Shown in pieces: positions 20,206 through 31,034 of a stretch of 64,000 nucleotides of DNA (positions within the stretch are counted from its first letter, which is position 1; every line of letters starts with the position of its first letter). Origin of the DNA: an uncultured Chloroflexia bacterium (GTDB lineage: Bacteria > Chloroflexota > Limnocylindria > Limnocylindrales > CSP1-4). The DNA lies in the NCBI GenBank assembly GCA_963763775.1, contig CAVXPZ010000001.1:352001-416000 (forward strand), written 5' to 3'. Below the pieces are notes generated by a model. The model searched no databases. It saw nothing but the letters and a program-made list of their open reading frames with translations, and was not told the origin of the DNA. A program made the position numbers and the translations under genes.

Positions 20206-20636
20206 ATGCCGAACATCGGAGCCCCAGAGCTCATCGTCATCCTGGTGATCGCGCTTCTCATCCTCGGGCCGGGCAAATTGCCGGAGGTCGGGGCGTCGAT
20301 CGGCAAGAGCATCAAGGAATTCCGCAAGGCGTCGTCCGACGTCCAGGACAGCATGAACATCGATACCTCGCCGCTGCCGCCGGCCGCCGCCCCGGCAGCC
20401 GCCGTCGCCGCGCCGGCCGCGGTCGTCGCCGCTGCCGCAGCGCCTGTCGCCGCGGCGCCGTCGCCGCAGCGCCCGTCGCCGAGGCGCCCGCGCCGGCCGC
20501 CGCGGTCGAGGCGGCTCCCGAACCGGTCGCCGCAGCGGCGGCTCCGGTCGAGGCCGCCGTGGCCCCAGCGCCGGTCCCGGCCGCCGCCGTTCCCGCCGCC
20601 CCGGCGGCCAGCGAGCCGACGCCCGGCAACGACTAG
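20206..20636 (+). CDS. tatA: Twin-arginine translocase TatA/E with Ala/Pro-rich tail (apparent -1 frameshift ~20460)
   Basis: IGAPELIVILVIALLILGPGKLPEVGASIGKSIKEFRK; AAAPV-repeat tail continues in another frame to TAG 20634-20636. Confidence 0.85.
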
Positions 20637-20660
20637 CCCGCCGCGTCCGACTCCGTCCAG

Positions 20661-21465
20661 ATGGCCGACGCGGACGCCCTTCGCGATCCCGGGGTGACCG
20701 GCGTCCCGGCGACGCCCGAGCCCGCCCCACCTCCGGTCGGCGCGCCGAGCGACGGATCGGTGATGTCGCTCGTCGACCACCTCGGCGAGCTCCGCTCGCG
20801 CCTCTTCAAGGCGATCCTCGCCGTCGCGGTCGGTTCCGTCGGTCGGCTACATCGTTGCCCCGACGGTCCGGAACAAGCTGATCGAGCTCCTGCCCCCGAA
20901 CCCGCAGACCGGCGTCGCCTCGGTCCAGGTCCTCGGGCTCGGTGACGCGTTCATCATCCAGCTCAAGATCTCGATCGTGATCGGGGTCATCCTGGCGATG
21001 CCGGTCCTGCTCTACCAGCTGTGGGCCTTCATCGCGCCCGGTCTCACGCCGTCGGAGCGGCGGACGGTCCGACCCTGGATCCCACTGGCCCTGCTGTTCT
21101 TCGCCCTCGGCGTGGCGATCGCCTATGTCGTGTTGCCGTTCGCGATCCAGTTCCTCCTCGGCTACACCGACGAGCATCTCGTGGAAGGCATCGCCGCCGG
21201 TCCGTACTTCGAGTTCGTCACGACGATGTTCCTGGCGTTCGGCCTCGTCATGGAGTTCCCGATCGTCATGGTCGGGCTGTCTCGCGTGGGCATCCTGACG
21301 TCGGAGCGGCTCGCGGGTTCGCGCCGGATGATCATCCTCGGCATCGCGATCTTCGCCGCGGTCGCGACGCCGGGCGGCGACCTCGTGAGCCCCTTCGTCC
21401 TCGGAGGGACGATGTACATCCTGTTCGAGCTGACCACGCTCTTCATCAAGCGATCCGGCCGGTGA
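20661..21465 (+). CDS. tatC: Twin-arginine translocase TatC (apparent +1 frameshift ~20843)
   Basis: MSLVDHLGELRSRL, YQLWAFIAPGL, FEF..MEFPIV, AAVATPGGD. Confidence 0.92.
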
Positions 21466-22370
21466 CCGAGCGTCCGGAGGCCGGTGCCACGGGCGAGACC
21501 GCGGCCGAGCCACTCGTCGTCATCGTGAGCGGACTGTCCGGCGGCGGCAAGACCGCGGCCGCCAAGCTGTTCGAGGACATCGGGTACACGGTGGTCGACA
21601 ACCTGCCGGGCGAGCTGCTGCCGGACCTCGCCGAACTCGTGTCGTCCGACCGCGACCGGTTCGCCCGTGTCGCGATCGTCCTCGATGTCCGCGCCGGCGA
21701 CCCCAACCTCGCCCTCGCCGCGATGCGCGGCGCGCTGGAGGGCCGCGGGATCCGGCCGCGCGTCGTCTTCCTCGAGGCCCGCGACGACGTCCTGATCCGT
21801 CGGTTCAGCGAAACGCGCCACCGCCACCCGCTCGGCGCCGACCAGGGGATCGCGAGCTCGATCGCGCAGGAGCGGGCCATCCTCGAGCCGTTGCGCGCCG
21901 AGGCCGACCTCGTCCTGGACACCTCGGACCTCTCGTTGCGAGAGCTCCGCGAACGGCTCTTCGCCCAGGTCGCGACCGCGGCCCGCTCGGACCAGCTTGC
22001 GGTCCAGCTCATCAGCTTCGGGTTCAAGTACGGCCTGCCGCTCGAGTCGGACCTCGTGTTCGACGTCCGGTTCATGGAGAACCCGTTCTACATCGCCGAC
22101 CTGCGGCCGCTCTCCGGCCTCACAGAAGAGGTCCGGACGTTCGTGCTCGACCAGCCGGTCGCCGCGCGGTTCCTGGAGTTCCTGTTCGGGTTCCTCGAGT
22201 TCGCGATCCCGGCCTACGTCTCCGAGGGCAAGACCCGCCTGACGATCGCGGTCGGCTGCACCGGGGGCTACCACCGGTCGATCGTCGTGACCGAGGAACT
22301 CGCGACCTGGCTGCGCGACCGCGACGTCGGTCCGATCGCGGTCTTCCACCGGGAGCTCGAACGGCGATGA
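21462..22370 (+). CDS. rapZ: RapZ/YvcJ P-loop nucleotide-binding protein
   Basis: SGLSGGGKT, VDNLP, RRFSETRHRHPL, SFGFKYG, DVRFMENP, GCTGGYHRS. Confidence 0.92.
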   Translation: MTERPEAGATGETAAEPLVVIVSGLSGGGKTAAAKLFEDIGYTVVDNLPGELLPDLAELVSSDRDRFARVAIVLDVRAGDPNLALAAMRGALEGRGIRPRVVFLEARDDVLIRRFSETRHRHPLGADQGIASSIAQERAILEPLRAEADLVLDTSDLSLRELRERLFAQVATAARSDQLAVQLISFGFKYGLPLESDLVFDVRFMENPFYIADLRPLSGLTEEVRTFVLDQPVAARFLEFLFGFLEFAIPAYVSEGKTRLTIAVGCTGGYHRSIVVTEELATWLRDRDVGPIAVFHRELERR

Positions 22371-23698
22371 ACCTGCGGCGCTGGCTGACGCCGGGGATCG
22401 GCATCAAGCGCTGGCTGCTCGTGGTGTTCGTCGGGATGCTGGTCCTCGCGCTCGCGGTGGCGCACACGCTGCGCCAGGTCAGCCAGGACCTCGAGCCGGG
22501 GGGCGTCGCGGGCAGCATCCTGGACCTGCTGACGCTCCAGTTCCTTCCGTACCCGCTCCGCGGGCTGATCGTCGGGGTGGTCGGCGTGGCGATCGTGGTG
22601 GTGGGCTCGATCCGTGTCATCCGCGCGTTCATGGACCCGTTCCGCACGACGGACGGGGATCAGCCCCTCGTCGAGGTCATCTACCAGAAGCGGTTCCTCG
22701 CCCGCGGGCCGCGGATCGTCGCGATCGGCGGCGGCACGGGGCTCTCCACGTTGCTGCGCGGGCTCAAGGAGCACACGAGCAACCTGACCGCCGTGGTCAC
22801 GGTCGCCGATGACGGGGGCTCGTCCGGCGTGCTGCGCGACGGGCTCGGGATCCCGCCGGTGGGCGACATCCGCAACTGCATCGCCGCGCTCGCCGATGCC
22901 GAGCCGCTCATGAGCGAGGTCCTCCAATACCGCTTCCCGGTCACCGGGGACGTCGACGCGCCCGGAGTTCCGGGGCTTGGCGGCCACGCCGTCGGGAACC
23001 TGTTGATCGCGGCGATGACCGCGGTCGAGGGCGGGGACTTCGAGGAGGGGATCCGAACCCTGAACCGGATCCTCGCGGTGCGCGGACAGGTCCTTCCTGT
23101 CACCGCGACGCCGCTCACGCTCCACGCCCGCCTCGACGACGGGACCACCGTCGACGGCCAGTCGCTGATCATGCGCACGTCCCACATCGAGCGGGTGTGG
23201 CTCAGTCCCGACGGCGTCGAGCCGTCCGAGGACGTCCTCGCAGCCATCGCCGAGGCCGACGTGATCGTCCTCGGACCGGGCAGCCTCTTCACCAGCCTGC
23301 TGCCGAGCCTTCTGATCCCCGGCCTGTGCGAGGCGATCCTCGCCTCGAGCGCATTGCGCCTCTACGTGTGCAACGTCGCCACCCAGGAAGGCGAGACCGA
23401 GGACCTCGATCTCGCGGGCCACGTCGAGGCCCTCGTGGCGCACACGGCGCCGGGGATCGTCGACGTCGTCCTCGCGAACAACCAGTTCGAAGCGCGCGTG
23501 CCGGAGGGCTGGCCTTCGCGCCCGGTCCGACTGCGCTGGCCGCCCGCCACGACCCCGGTCCCGAAGCTGGTCCTCGACGCGGTGGTCGACCCGGACAACG
23601 CGCACCACCACGACCCGGCAAGCCTCGCCGACAGCATCCTGCACGCCGTCGACGCCGAGGGCGGCGCCCGACGCCGAGCCGTGGCCCGCACCGCGTGA
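22367..23698 (+). CDS. yvcK: YvcK/GlmR (CofD-related) protein with N-terminal transmembrane region
   Basis: AIGGGTGLS, ADDGGSSG, GDIRNC, GHAVGNL, GPGSLFTS. Confidence 0.9.
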   Translation: MNLRRWLTPGIGIKRWLLVVFVGMLVLALAVAHTLRQVSQDLEPGGVAGSILDLLTLQFLPYPLRGLIVGVVGVAIVVVGSIRVIRAFMDPFRTTDGDQPLVEVIYQKRFLARGPRIVAIGGGTGLSTLLRGLKEHTSNLTAVVTVADDGGSSGVLRDGLGIPPVGDIRNCIAALADAEPLMSEVLQYRFPVTGDVDAPGVPGLGGHAVGNLLIAAMTAVEGGDFEEGIRTLNRILAVRGQVLPVTATPLTLHARLDDGTTVDGQSLIMRTSHIERVWLSPDGVEPSEDVLAAIAEADVIVLGPGSLFTSLLPSLLIPGLCEAILASSALRLYVCNVATQEGETEDLDLAGHVEALVAHTAPGIVDVVLANNQFEARVPEGWPSRPVRLRWPPATTPVPKLVLDAVVDPDNAHHHDPASLADSILHAVDAEGGARRRAVARTA

Positions 23699-24555
23699 CA
23701 CGCTCCGAGCGCGACCTCGTGTCGGCCCTGCGCGCGGAACTCGCGGCCATCGATCCGGCACGGCCGTGCGATCGCGCCGCCGAGGCGCTCGGACTCGGCG
23801 CGAGCGGTCTGGCCGCCGCGTCCGATGCCCCGCCGCCGACCCTTCGCGATGGACCGGTCGCGCGCCTGGCCGTCCGCCTGCGCCGGGGCGCGGATGACGG
23901 CGGCCCGGAGTTCGACTGGCCGGCGGCGCCCGAGCACTGCCGGACGGCCTGGCTGCGCGGCCGATTCCTCGCGCGGGGATCGCTGAGCCTGGCCGGCGGC
24001 CGCACCCACCTCGAGTTCGTCGTGCCGGCGGATGAGGCCCCGATGCTCGCCGCACGCCTCGCCGACATCGACCTGCCGGCGTCGTGGCGGATCCGGCGCG
24101 GCCGCGGCGTGGTGACCTGGAAGAGCGGCGAGGCCGTCGGCACGTTCCTGCGGCGGATCGGCGGCGGCGGCTCGCTCCTGGAACTCGAGGCCCGCCAGGT
24201 CTCGCGAGCGCTCCGCGGTGACCTGAACCGGGTCCTGAACGCCGAGTCGGCCAACCTCCAACGAGCCGTCAGCGCGGCGGGTCGCCAGCTCGACGCGATC
24301 GCGATCCTCGATGCGGACGGTCGACTCGCCCGGCAGCCGGCCGTGGTCCGGGCCGTGGCGGCGGCTCGCCGCGAGACGCCGGAAGCCACCCTGACGGAGC
24401 TCGCCGAGCGGCTGGCGATCCATCGGTCGCAGGTCCAGCGCTCCCTCGAACGCCTGGAGCGACTGGCGGTGCAGAGCGACGATGACGCCACCGATCGGCC
24501 GGGTGGCCGCCCGACCGCGCCGTCCACCCGCCGCCGATCCGCCGCTCTGGCATGA
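23695..24555 (+). CDS. whiA: DNA-binding protein WhiA
   Basis: AWLRGRFLARGS LAGLIDADG-like motif, NRVLNAESANL, C-terminal HTH; rapZ-yvcK-whiA synteny. Confidence 0.85.
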   Translation: MTRSERDLVSALRAELAAIDPARPCDRAAEALGLGASGLAAASDAPPPTLRDGPVARLAVRLRRGADDGGPEFDWPAAPEHCRTAWLRGRFLARGSLSLAGGRTHLEFVVPADEAPMLAARLADIDLPASWRIRRGRGVVTWKSGEAVGTFLRRIGGGGSLLELEARQVSRALRGDLNRVLNAESANLQRAVSAAGRQLDAIAILDADGRLARQPAVVRAVAAARRETPEATLTELAERLAIHRSQVQRSLERLERLAVQSDDDATDRPGGRPTAPSTRRRSAALA

Positions 24556-24564
24556 TTCGCCACG

Positions 24565-25353
24565 ATGCGTGACGTGATCGTGGCCGCCAACTGGAAGATG
24601 CACACGACCCCGGCCGATGCCGGTGAACTCGCCCGCACGATCGCCGGCCGAACGCGCGAACCGGGCGTGATCCGGGTCATCTGCCCGCCGTATGTCTGCC
24701 TCGCGGCCGTCCGTGACGCGCTGGCGGCCACGGACCCCGACGTCGGCGTCGGGGCGCAGAACGTCCACCACGAGCTCGCGGGCGCCTATACGGGCGAGAT
24801 CGCCGCCCCGATGCTGGTCGGTCTCGCGGGCTGGGTCATCGTCGGGCACTCCGAGCGACGCCGCGATGCCGCGGAGTCCGACGAGCTCATCGGCCGGAAG
24901 CTCGGCCGCGCGGTCGACGCGGGTCTGCGGCCGATCCTGTGCGTCGGCGAGCAACTCGCCGAGCGCGAGGCGGGCCGAGCCGTCGAGGTGGTGGGAGCCC
25001 AGCTGGCCGGCGCGCTGGCGGGCCATGACGCGGCCGAGCTGGCCGCCGCGGGCCTCGTCATCGCCTATGAGCCCGTCTGGGCGATCGGCACGGGCCGCAA
25101 TGCTGTCGGGTCGGACGCGGCGGCGATGGCCGATGCGATCCGCTCCGCACTGGAACGCCTCGGGTGGGGGAGGTCCGCCGCCGACGTGCCGGTCCTCTAC
25201 GGAGGGAGCGTCACGTCCGCCAACATCGGGGAGTTCCTCGCGGAGCCCTCGATCGACGGTGCCCTCGTCGGTGGCGCATCGCTCAAGCCCGACGAGATGG
25301 CCGGGATCGTCGCCCGGGCCGGCATGACCGCCCGCGCTCGCGCCGCGGCGTGA
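24565..25353 (+). CDS. tpiA: Triosephosphate isomerase
   Basis: AANWKM, GAYTGE, VGHSERR, AYEPVWAIGTG, YGGSV, LVGGASL. Confidence 0.96.
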   Translation: MRDVIVAANWKMHTTPADAGELARTIAGRTREPGVIRVICPPYVCLAAVRDALAATDPDVGVGAQNVHHELAGAYTGEIAAPMLVGLAGWVIVGHSERRRDAAESDELIGRKLGRAVDAGLRPILCVGEQLAEREAGRAVEVVGAQLAGALAGHDAAELAAAGLVIAYEPVWAIGTGRNAVGSDAAAMADAIRSALERLGWGRSAADVPVLYGGSVTSANIGEFLAEPSIDGALVGGASLKPDEMAGIVARAGMTARARAAA

Positions 25354-26936
25354 CCTCGCCGAACGCGACGCGTCCCCGCCCGATCGTCCTCGTCGTCCTC
25401 GATGGGTTCGGGATCGGGCATGACGCCGCGGCCGACGCCATCGCGGCCGCCCCGATGCCGACGTGGCGCGGGCTCCTCGAGCGCTGGCCCCACGCGGTCC
25501 TCGGGGCCTCGGAAGGGGACGTCGGCCTGCCCGTCGGCCAGATGGGCAACTCCGAGGTCGGCCACCTCAACCTCGGGGCCGGCCGCCCGGTCCTCCAGGA
25601 CCTGCCCCGCATCGACGCGGCGATCGCCGACGGGTCGTTCTTCGAGCGGCCGGCCTTCCTCCTGGCGTGCGACCGTGCCATGGCGTCGTCCGGCACGCTC
25701 CACCTCGTGAGTCTCGTCGGCCCGGGCGGCGTCCACGCCAACGATCGGCACCTCGTCGCGCTCGTCGAGCTCGCCGCCCGCCGCCGGGTCCCGCGGGTCC
25801 GTGTCCACGCCTTGCTCGACGGCCGCGACACGCCGCCGTCGTCGGGGCTCGAGTTCGTCCGCGACCTCGAGTCGCGGCTCGCGCTCGCGCATCCGGACGC
25901 GCGCATCGCGTCGGTGGGCGGCCGCTACTTCGCGATGGACCGCGACCAGCGCTGGGACCGGATCGAGCGCGGGTACGACGCCATCGTCCACGCCGAGGCG
26001 GACCACCGCGCCCGATCGGCCACTGCGGCGGTCGAGGCCGCCTACGCGCGCGGCGAGACCGACGAGTTCGTCACCCCGACGGTGGTCGACGGCACCGACG
26101 GCGCGGTCCGCGACGGTGACGCGGTCATCCACGCGAACTTCCGGGCCGATCGCGCCCGCCAGCTCACGCATGCGCTCGCCGACGGCGCCACATTCGGCGC
26201 GTTCGATCGCGCCTCGCCGACCGGCCGACCCGCGCCCGACGGGCTCCTGGTCGTCACGATGACCGAGTACGAGGAGGGCCTGCCGGTCACCGTGGCCTTT
26301 CCGCCGGAGATCGTGCGGTCGTTGGCGGACGCGGTCGCCGACGCCGGCTGGCGCCAGTTCCACGTCGCGGAGACCGAGAAATACGCGCACGTGACGTACT
26401 TCTTCAACGGCGGGGCGGAGGCGCCGCATCCCGGCGAGGACCGGCGCCTGATCCCGAGCCAGAAGGTGGCGACCTACGACCTGGCGCCGGAGATGAGCGC
26501 CGCGGGCGTCGCCGACGCGCTCGTCGAGGCGATCGGGTCCGGGTCATACGACGTCATCGTCGCGAACTTCGCCAACCCCGACATGGTCGGCCACACCGGG
26601 GTCTGGGATGCCACCGTCCAGGCCCTCGAGACCATCGACGCGTGTCTCGCCCGCGTGGTCGCGGCGATCGAGGCGGTGGACGCAGACGACCCGGCCGGGC
26701 CGGGGGCCGTGCTCGCGATCACCGCGGATCACGGCAACGCGGACCACCTGCGCGATGCGGGCGGCCATCCGGTGACGGCCCACTCGCTGAACCCGGTGCC
26801 GTTCGTCCTCGTCGGTCGCGCGGCGGAAGGCCGACGACTCCGGGACGGGGTCCTGGCCGACGTCGCCCCCACGCTGCTCGAGCTGGCCGGACTGCCGCGC
26901 TGGGAAGGGATGACCGGCCGAAGCCTCATCCTGTGA
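25350..26936 (+). CDS. gpmI: 2,3-bisphosphoglycerate-independent phosphoglycerate mutase
   Basis: LDGFG, GQMGNSEVGH, DGRDTPP, NFRADRARQL, AETEKYAHVT, NPDMVGHTG, TADHGN. Confidence 0.96.
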   Translation: MTSPNATRPRPIVLVVLDGFGIGHDAAADAIAAAPMPTWRGLLERWPHAVLGASEGDVGLPVGQMGNSEVGHLNLGAGRPVLQDLPRIDAAIADGSFFERPAFLLACDRAMASSGTLHLVSLVGPGGVHANDRHLVALVELAARRRVPRVRVHALLDGRDTPPSSGLEFVRDLESRLALAHPDARIASVGGRYFAMDRDQRWDRIERGYDAIVHAEADHRARSATAAVEAAYARGETDEFVTPTVVDGTDGAVRDGDAVIHANFRADRARQLTHALADGATFGAFDRASPTGRPAPDGLLVVTMTEYEEGLPVTVAFPPEIVRSLADAVADAGWRQFHVAETEKYAHVTYFFNGGAEAPHPGEDRRLIPSQKVATYDLAPEMSAAGVADALVEAIGSGSYDVIVANFANPDMVGHTGVWDATVQALETIDACLARVVAAIEAVDADDPAGPGAVLAITADHGNADHLRDAGGHPVTAHSLNPVPFVLVGRAAEGRRLRDGVLADVAPTLLELAGLPRWEGMTGRSLIL

Positions 26937-26975
26937 TAGCATCCGACGCCGTTACCGCTGAGAGGTCGTCGACCC

Positions 26976-27206
26976 GTGAATTCGCTCCTGGCGTTCGGCC
27001 AGATCATCGTGAGCATCGCGCTCATCGTCGCCATCCTGCTCCAGGCGCAGGGGACCGGCCTGTCCGGGACCTTCGGCGGCGACTCGTCCGTCTACCGTAG
27101 CCGTCGCGGCGTCGAACGCCGCCTGTGGCAGTTCACGGTCGTCCTCCTCATCCTCTTCGTGGTCTTCTCGCTCGCCTCGTTCATCTTCGCCCCGTCCACC
27201 GCGTAG
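26976..27206 (+). CDS. secG: Preprotein translocase subunit SecG
   Basis: Two TM helices flanking ILLQ..GLSGTFGG..RRGVER. Confidence 0.9.
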   Translation: MNSLLAFGQIIVSIALIVAILLQAQGTGLSGTFGGDSSVYRSRRGVERRLWQFTVVLLILFVVFSLASFIFAPSTA

Positions 27207-27254
27207 CCCGGTGACCCGGCCGCGGCGAGCGGCGAACCACGTGCACGGAGCCCG

Positions 27255-28991
27255 ATGACCCGGAAAGACACCGCCGTGGTCGGGGCGCTCGTCGTACTGC
27301 TCGCGGTCATCGCGGGCCTCGTCGGCATCCCGGCCCTGCAGGCCACCACCGCCAGTCCCAGCTCGTCGCCCGCGGCGTCCGGCTACGCCGAATCACGGGC
27401 GTATCGCGAGGGCATCGTCGGGCACCCGGTCTCGATCAGCCCGCTGACCGCGCAGACCCAGGCCGATCGCGACCTCGTCGCGCTGATCTTCTCGGGCCTC
27501 GTCCGCAACGGCCCGGACGGGACGATCGTGCCGGACCTCGCCGAGCGCTGGTCGGTCGACCCGGACGGGCGCGTCTGGACCTTCGACCTCCGGCCCGACG
27601 CCCGCTGGCACGACGGCGAGCCCGTCACCGCGGACGACGTCGTCTTCACGATCCAGACGCTCCAGGACTCCGCCTACACCGGTCCGGGCGCCACGTCGTG
27701 GTCCGAGGTGGAGGTCCAGGCCGTCTCGCCGACCGAGGTGACGTTCACGCTGGACACGCCCCTCGGCGGGTTCCTCCAGGCGGCGACCCAGCCGATCGCC
27801 CCCGCTCACCTCCTTGGCGAGGTGCCGATCGACCTCCTCCCGGACCATCCCTTCGGGCAGCAGCCGGTGGGCTCGGGGCCGTTCGCGTTGGCGACACTCG
27901 ACGACCAGCATGCGGAGCTGATCCCGGCCGAGACCGCCATCCCGCCGTCCGCCGTGGCCCCGGACCCGTCGGCCGCGCCGACGGATTCGCTCACGACCGC
28001 CTCGCCGACGATGCGCCCGGAGCGGCCCACGCCCTACCTGTCCGGCATCGAATTCAAGTTCTACGACACGGCCCAGGACCTCGCCGCCGCGTACCGGGCG
28101 GGGGACGTGGACGCCGCTTCCGGGCTTGCGCCGGCCGTCGCCTCGGAGCTGGCATCGTCGAGCGACAGCCGCCTGCTCCGCTATCCGGGCTCGACGCTCA
28201 CGGCCGTCCTGCTGAACCTGAGCCCCGACCACCCCGAGTTCCACGACCCGAGCGTGCGGACCGCGCTCCTGGCCGCGATCGACCGGGTCGGCATGATCGA
28301 CACGGTCTATGCCTCGGCGGCCGCGACCGCGCCCGGCCCGATCCCGCCGAGCTCGCCGCTGTTCGACCCGGCCGCGGAACCGCCGGTGATGTACTCCCTC
28401 GCCGACGCGTCGAAGGCCCTCAAGAAGGCCGACTGGACCCGGAAGGACGACGGCTGGTACCCGCCCGGGGCGAAGAAGCCACTGACCATCGAGGTCCTCA
28501 GCCCCGAGGAGGAGGCCAACCCGGCCGCGTTCGGGGCCGCCGAGGCCGTCGTCGCGGGGTGGAAGGCCCTGGGCCTCGGGGCCACCCACGTGGCCCTGCC
28601 GGCCTCGACGTTCGTGACGGACCGCCTGACGCCGGGCGACTTCCAGGCCGCCGTCACCGACGTGACGATCGGCCTCGACCCCGATCTCTACCCGCTCTTC
28701 GCCTCGAGCCAGACGCGGACCGGCGGCTCCAACGTCGCCGGCATCCAGGATCCGGACCTCGACAAGCTGCTCGTGGCGGCGCGGGCGCCGGGCACGCCGG
28801 CCGAGCGCTACAACGCGTATTCCGCGCTCCAGGCGCAACTCGGCAAGGGCCGATACCTGCTGCCGCTGGTGTTCCAGGACGAGTCCGTCGTCGTCCGCGA
28901 CCGGGTCACGGGACCGGTCGTCCGGCAGGTCGCCGGACCGGAGGACCGATTCTGGGACGTGCTAACATGGCGCCTCGCAGCCGACCGGTAG
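27255..28991 (+). CDS. Family 5 (oligopeptide/nickel) ABC substrate-binding protein, TM-anchored
   Basis: PDLAERWSV..WTFDLR..WHDGEPVTADDVVFT, PVGSGPF, VRTALLAAIDR. Confidence 0.88.
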   Translation: MTRKDTAVVGALVVLLAVIAGLVGIPALQATTASPSSSPAASGYAESRAYREGIVGHPVSISPLTAQTQADRDLVALIFSGLVRNGPDGTIVPDLAERWSVDPDGRVWTFDLRPDARWHDGEPVTADDVVFTIQTLQDSAYTGPGATSWSEVEVQAVSPTEVTFTLDTPLGGFLQAATQPIAPAHLLGEVPIDLLPDHPFGQQPVGSGPFALATLDDQHAELIPAETAIPPSAVAPDPSAAPTDSLTTASPTMRPERPTPYLSGIEFKFYDTAQDLAAAYRAGDVDAASGLAPAVASELASSSDSRLLRYPGSTLTAVLLNLSPDHPEFHDPSVRTALLAAIDRVGMIDTVYASAAATAPGPIPPSSPLFDPAAEPPVMYSLADASKALKKADWTRKDDGWYPPGAKKPLTIEVLSPEEEANPAAFGAAEAVVAGWKALGLGATHVALPASTFVTDRLTPGDFQAAVTDVTIGLDPDLYPLFASSQTRTGGSNVAGIQDPDLDKLLVAARAPGTPAERYNAYSALQAQLGKGRYLLPLVFQDESVVVRDRVTGPVVRQVAGPEDRFWDVLTWRLAADR

Positions 28992-29011
28992 GCCGGTCGG
29001 CACGGGTCCAC

Positions 29012-29098
29012 GCCGAGGTGGCGGAATAGGCAGACGCGCTGGTTTCAGGTACCAGTGGCCGCAAGGTCGTGTGGGTTCAAGTCCCTCCCTCGGTACCA
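29012..29098 (+). tRNA. tRNA-Leu(CAG)
   Basis: GCCGAGG/CCTCGGT acceptor stem, CTGGT-TTCAGGT-ACCAG anticodon arm, long variable arm, GTTCAA, CCA. Confidence 0.95.
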
Positions 29099-29134
29099 AC
29101 TCTCCCTCTCGGACCCGGCGACGGCAGGCACCTT

Positions 29135-29219
29135 GCCCAGGTGGCGGAATTGGTATACGCGTACGTTTGAGGGGCGTATGAGGCAACTCATCCGGGTTCA
29201 AGTCCCGGCCTGGGCACCA
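29135..29219 (+). tRNA. tRNA-Leu(GAG)
   Basis: GCCCAGG/CCTGGGC, TACGT-TTGAGGG-GCGTA, long variable arm, CCA. Confidence 0.95.
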
Positions 29220-29234
29220 CACTCGCGATCTTCC

Positions 29235-29263
29235 ATGACGACCGCCTTCCGGGCGGTCGTCAT
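29235..29263. terminator. 12-bp perfect hairpin between tRNA genes (terminator or processing structure, no U-tract)
   Basis: ATGACGACCGCC-TTCCG-GGCGGTCGTCAT. Confidence 0.5.
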
Positions 29264-29272
29264 ACTGTGTCC

Positions 29273-29349
<77 letters not shown>

Positions 29350-29457
29350 TCGCCGCGTGCCGGCATCCGCCAAGGGAGGCGATCGGCCGACGGCGTGGGA
29401 CGACGCTGTATGCTGATGCCACGGGCGCCGCGGAGGGTGGCCCCCACGGAGGAACGC

Positions 29458-30027
29458 ATGAACCCGACGATCATCATCATCCTCGTGGTCGTGGTGGTCC
29501 TGGTCGTCGTCGCGATCGGGATCTACAACGGCCTCGTGCAGCGACGGCTGCGCGTCGACGAGGCGTTCGCCCAGATCGAGGTCCAGCTCAAGCGACGCCA
29601 CGACCTGATCCCGAACCTCGTGGAAGCCGTCAAGGGCTACATGGGCTTCGAGCAGAAGGTCCTGACGGACGTCACGAACGCTCGAGCCCAGGCGGTGTCC
29701 GCCGGAGCCCAGGGACCGGCCCAGCAGGCCGCGGCCGAGAATGCCCTGACCGGCACGCTGCGCTCGCTGTTCGCGGTCGTCGAGAACTATCCGGAACTCA
29801 AGGCGAACGAGAACGTCCTGGCCCTGCAGGAGCAGCTGACCACGACCGAGAACCAGATCTCGTTCTCACGGCAGCACTACAACGCGACGGTCCTCGACTA
29901 CAACACGTCGATCGCCACCTTCCCGAACGCCCTCCTGGCAGGCCCATTCGGCTTCACGAAGCGCGAGTTCTTCGATGCCGAGCCTGAGGCGTCCGAGGTC
30001 CCCAAGGTCGACCTCAGTCTGAGCTGA
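29458..30027 (+). CDS. lemA: LemA family protein
   Basis: N-terminal TM, YNGLV, QLKRRHDLIPNLV, ENYPELKAN, YNATVLDYN; GGAGG ribosome-binding site. Confidence 0.93.
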   Translation: MNPTIIIILVVVVVLVVVAIGIYNGLVQRRLRVDEAFAQIEVQLKRRHDLIPNLVEAVKGYMGFEQKVLTDVTNARAQAVSAGAQGPAQQAAAENALTGTLRSLFAVVENYPELKANENVLALQEQLTTTENQISFSRQHYNATVLDYNTSIATFPNALLAGPFGFTKREFFDAEPEASEVPKVDLSLS

Positions 30028-30049
30028 TCGCCGGTCCTCAGGAGGGACC

Positions 30050-31034
30050 GTGGCCGGGTCTTCGTTCTACCAACAGATCGCCGCGAACCGGCGGAACTCG
30101 TTCCTGATGGCGTTGCTCGTCGTCGCCCTGCTCGGCGCGCTCGGGTTCTCCATCGGGTACGTCATCTTCGGCACCCCGGCGGGCGGCATCGCGACCACCG
30201 TCTTCGCGATCGCCCTCGGCGGGATCTCCGGGGCGTTCACGTACTTCGAGGGCGACAAGCTGGTCCTGGCGGTCAGTGCCGCGCGGGCGGTCGACGACAC
30301 CAGCGCACCGCAGCTCATGAACGTCGTTCGTGAGATGGCCATCGCGGCGAATGTCCCGATGCCGGCCGTCTACACCATCGATGACACGGCCCCGAACGCC
30401 TTCGCGACCGGCCGTGACCCCGCGCACGCGTCGCTGGCGATCACCACCGGCCTGCTCGAGAAGCTCGACCGCGAGGAGCTCCAGGGCGTCATCGGCCACG
30501 AGCTCTCCCACGTTCGCAACTACGACATCCGCTTCTCACTGGTCGTCGGCGTGATGGTCGGGGCGATCGCGCATCCTCGCCGACTTCTTCCTGCGCTTCA
30601 CGTTCTGGGGCGGCGTCGGCGGACGCTCCCGCGACCGCGACAGCAGCGGCGGCAACGGCGCGCAGGCGATCGTCCTGGCCATCGCCATCGCCCTCGCCAT
30701 CCTCGCGCCGCTCATCAGCCGGTTCATCCAGCTGGCCGTGAGCCGCCAGCGCGAGTACCTCGCGGACGCATCGTCCGTGGAGCTCACCCGGAACCCCTAC
30801 GGGCTGGAGCGTGCGCTCGCGAAGATCGGCGCCGACAAGGAGGTCCTCGAGGTGGCCAACCGCGGGACCCAGCACATGTACTTCACGAACCCGATCAAGA
30901 AGTTCGAGGCACGGTCCTCGAACCTGATGTCGACGCATCCACCGATCCTCGACCGGATCAATCGGCTGCGGGAGCTGACCGGCGATGCGCCGCTTGACGC
31001 GGCCGATTCGACGGGTCTGGCCGGCCTGGAGTAG
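30050..31034 (+). CDS. htpX: HtpX-like M48 zinc metalloprotease (apparent +1 frameshift ~30571)
   Basis: PNAFATGR, HELSH (HExxH), SRQREYLAD, STHPP. Confidence 0.9.

Noticed and set aside
20370-20620. Tandem GC-rich repeats resembling an array
   Set aside because: They encode the AAAPV/EAAP low-complexity tail of TatA; no constant repeat with unique spacers, so not CRISPR.
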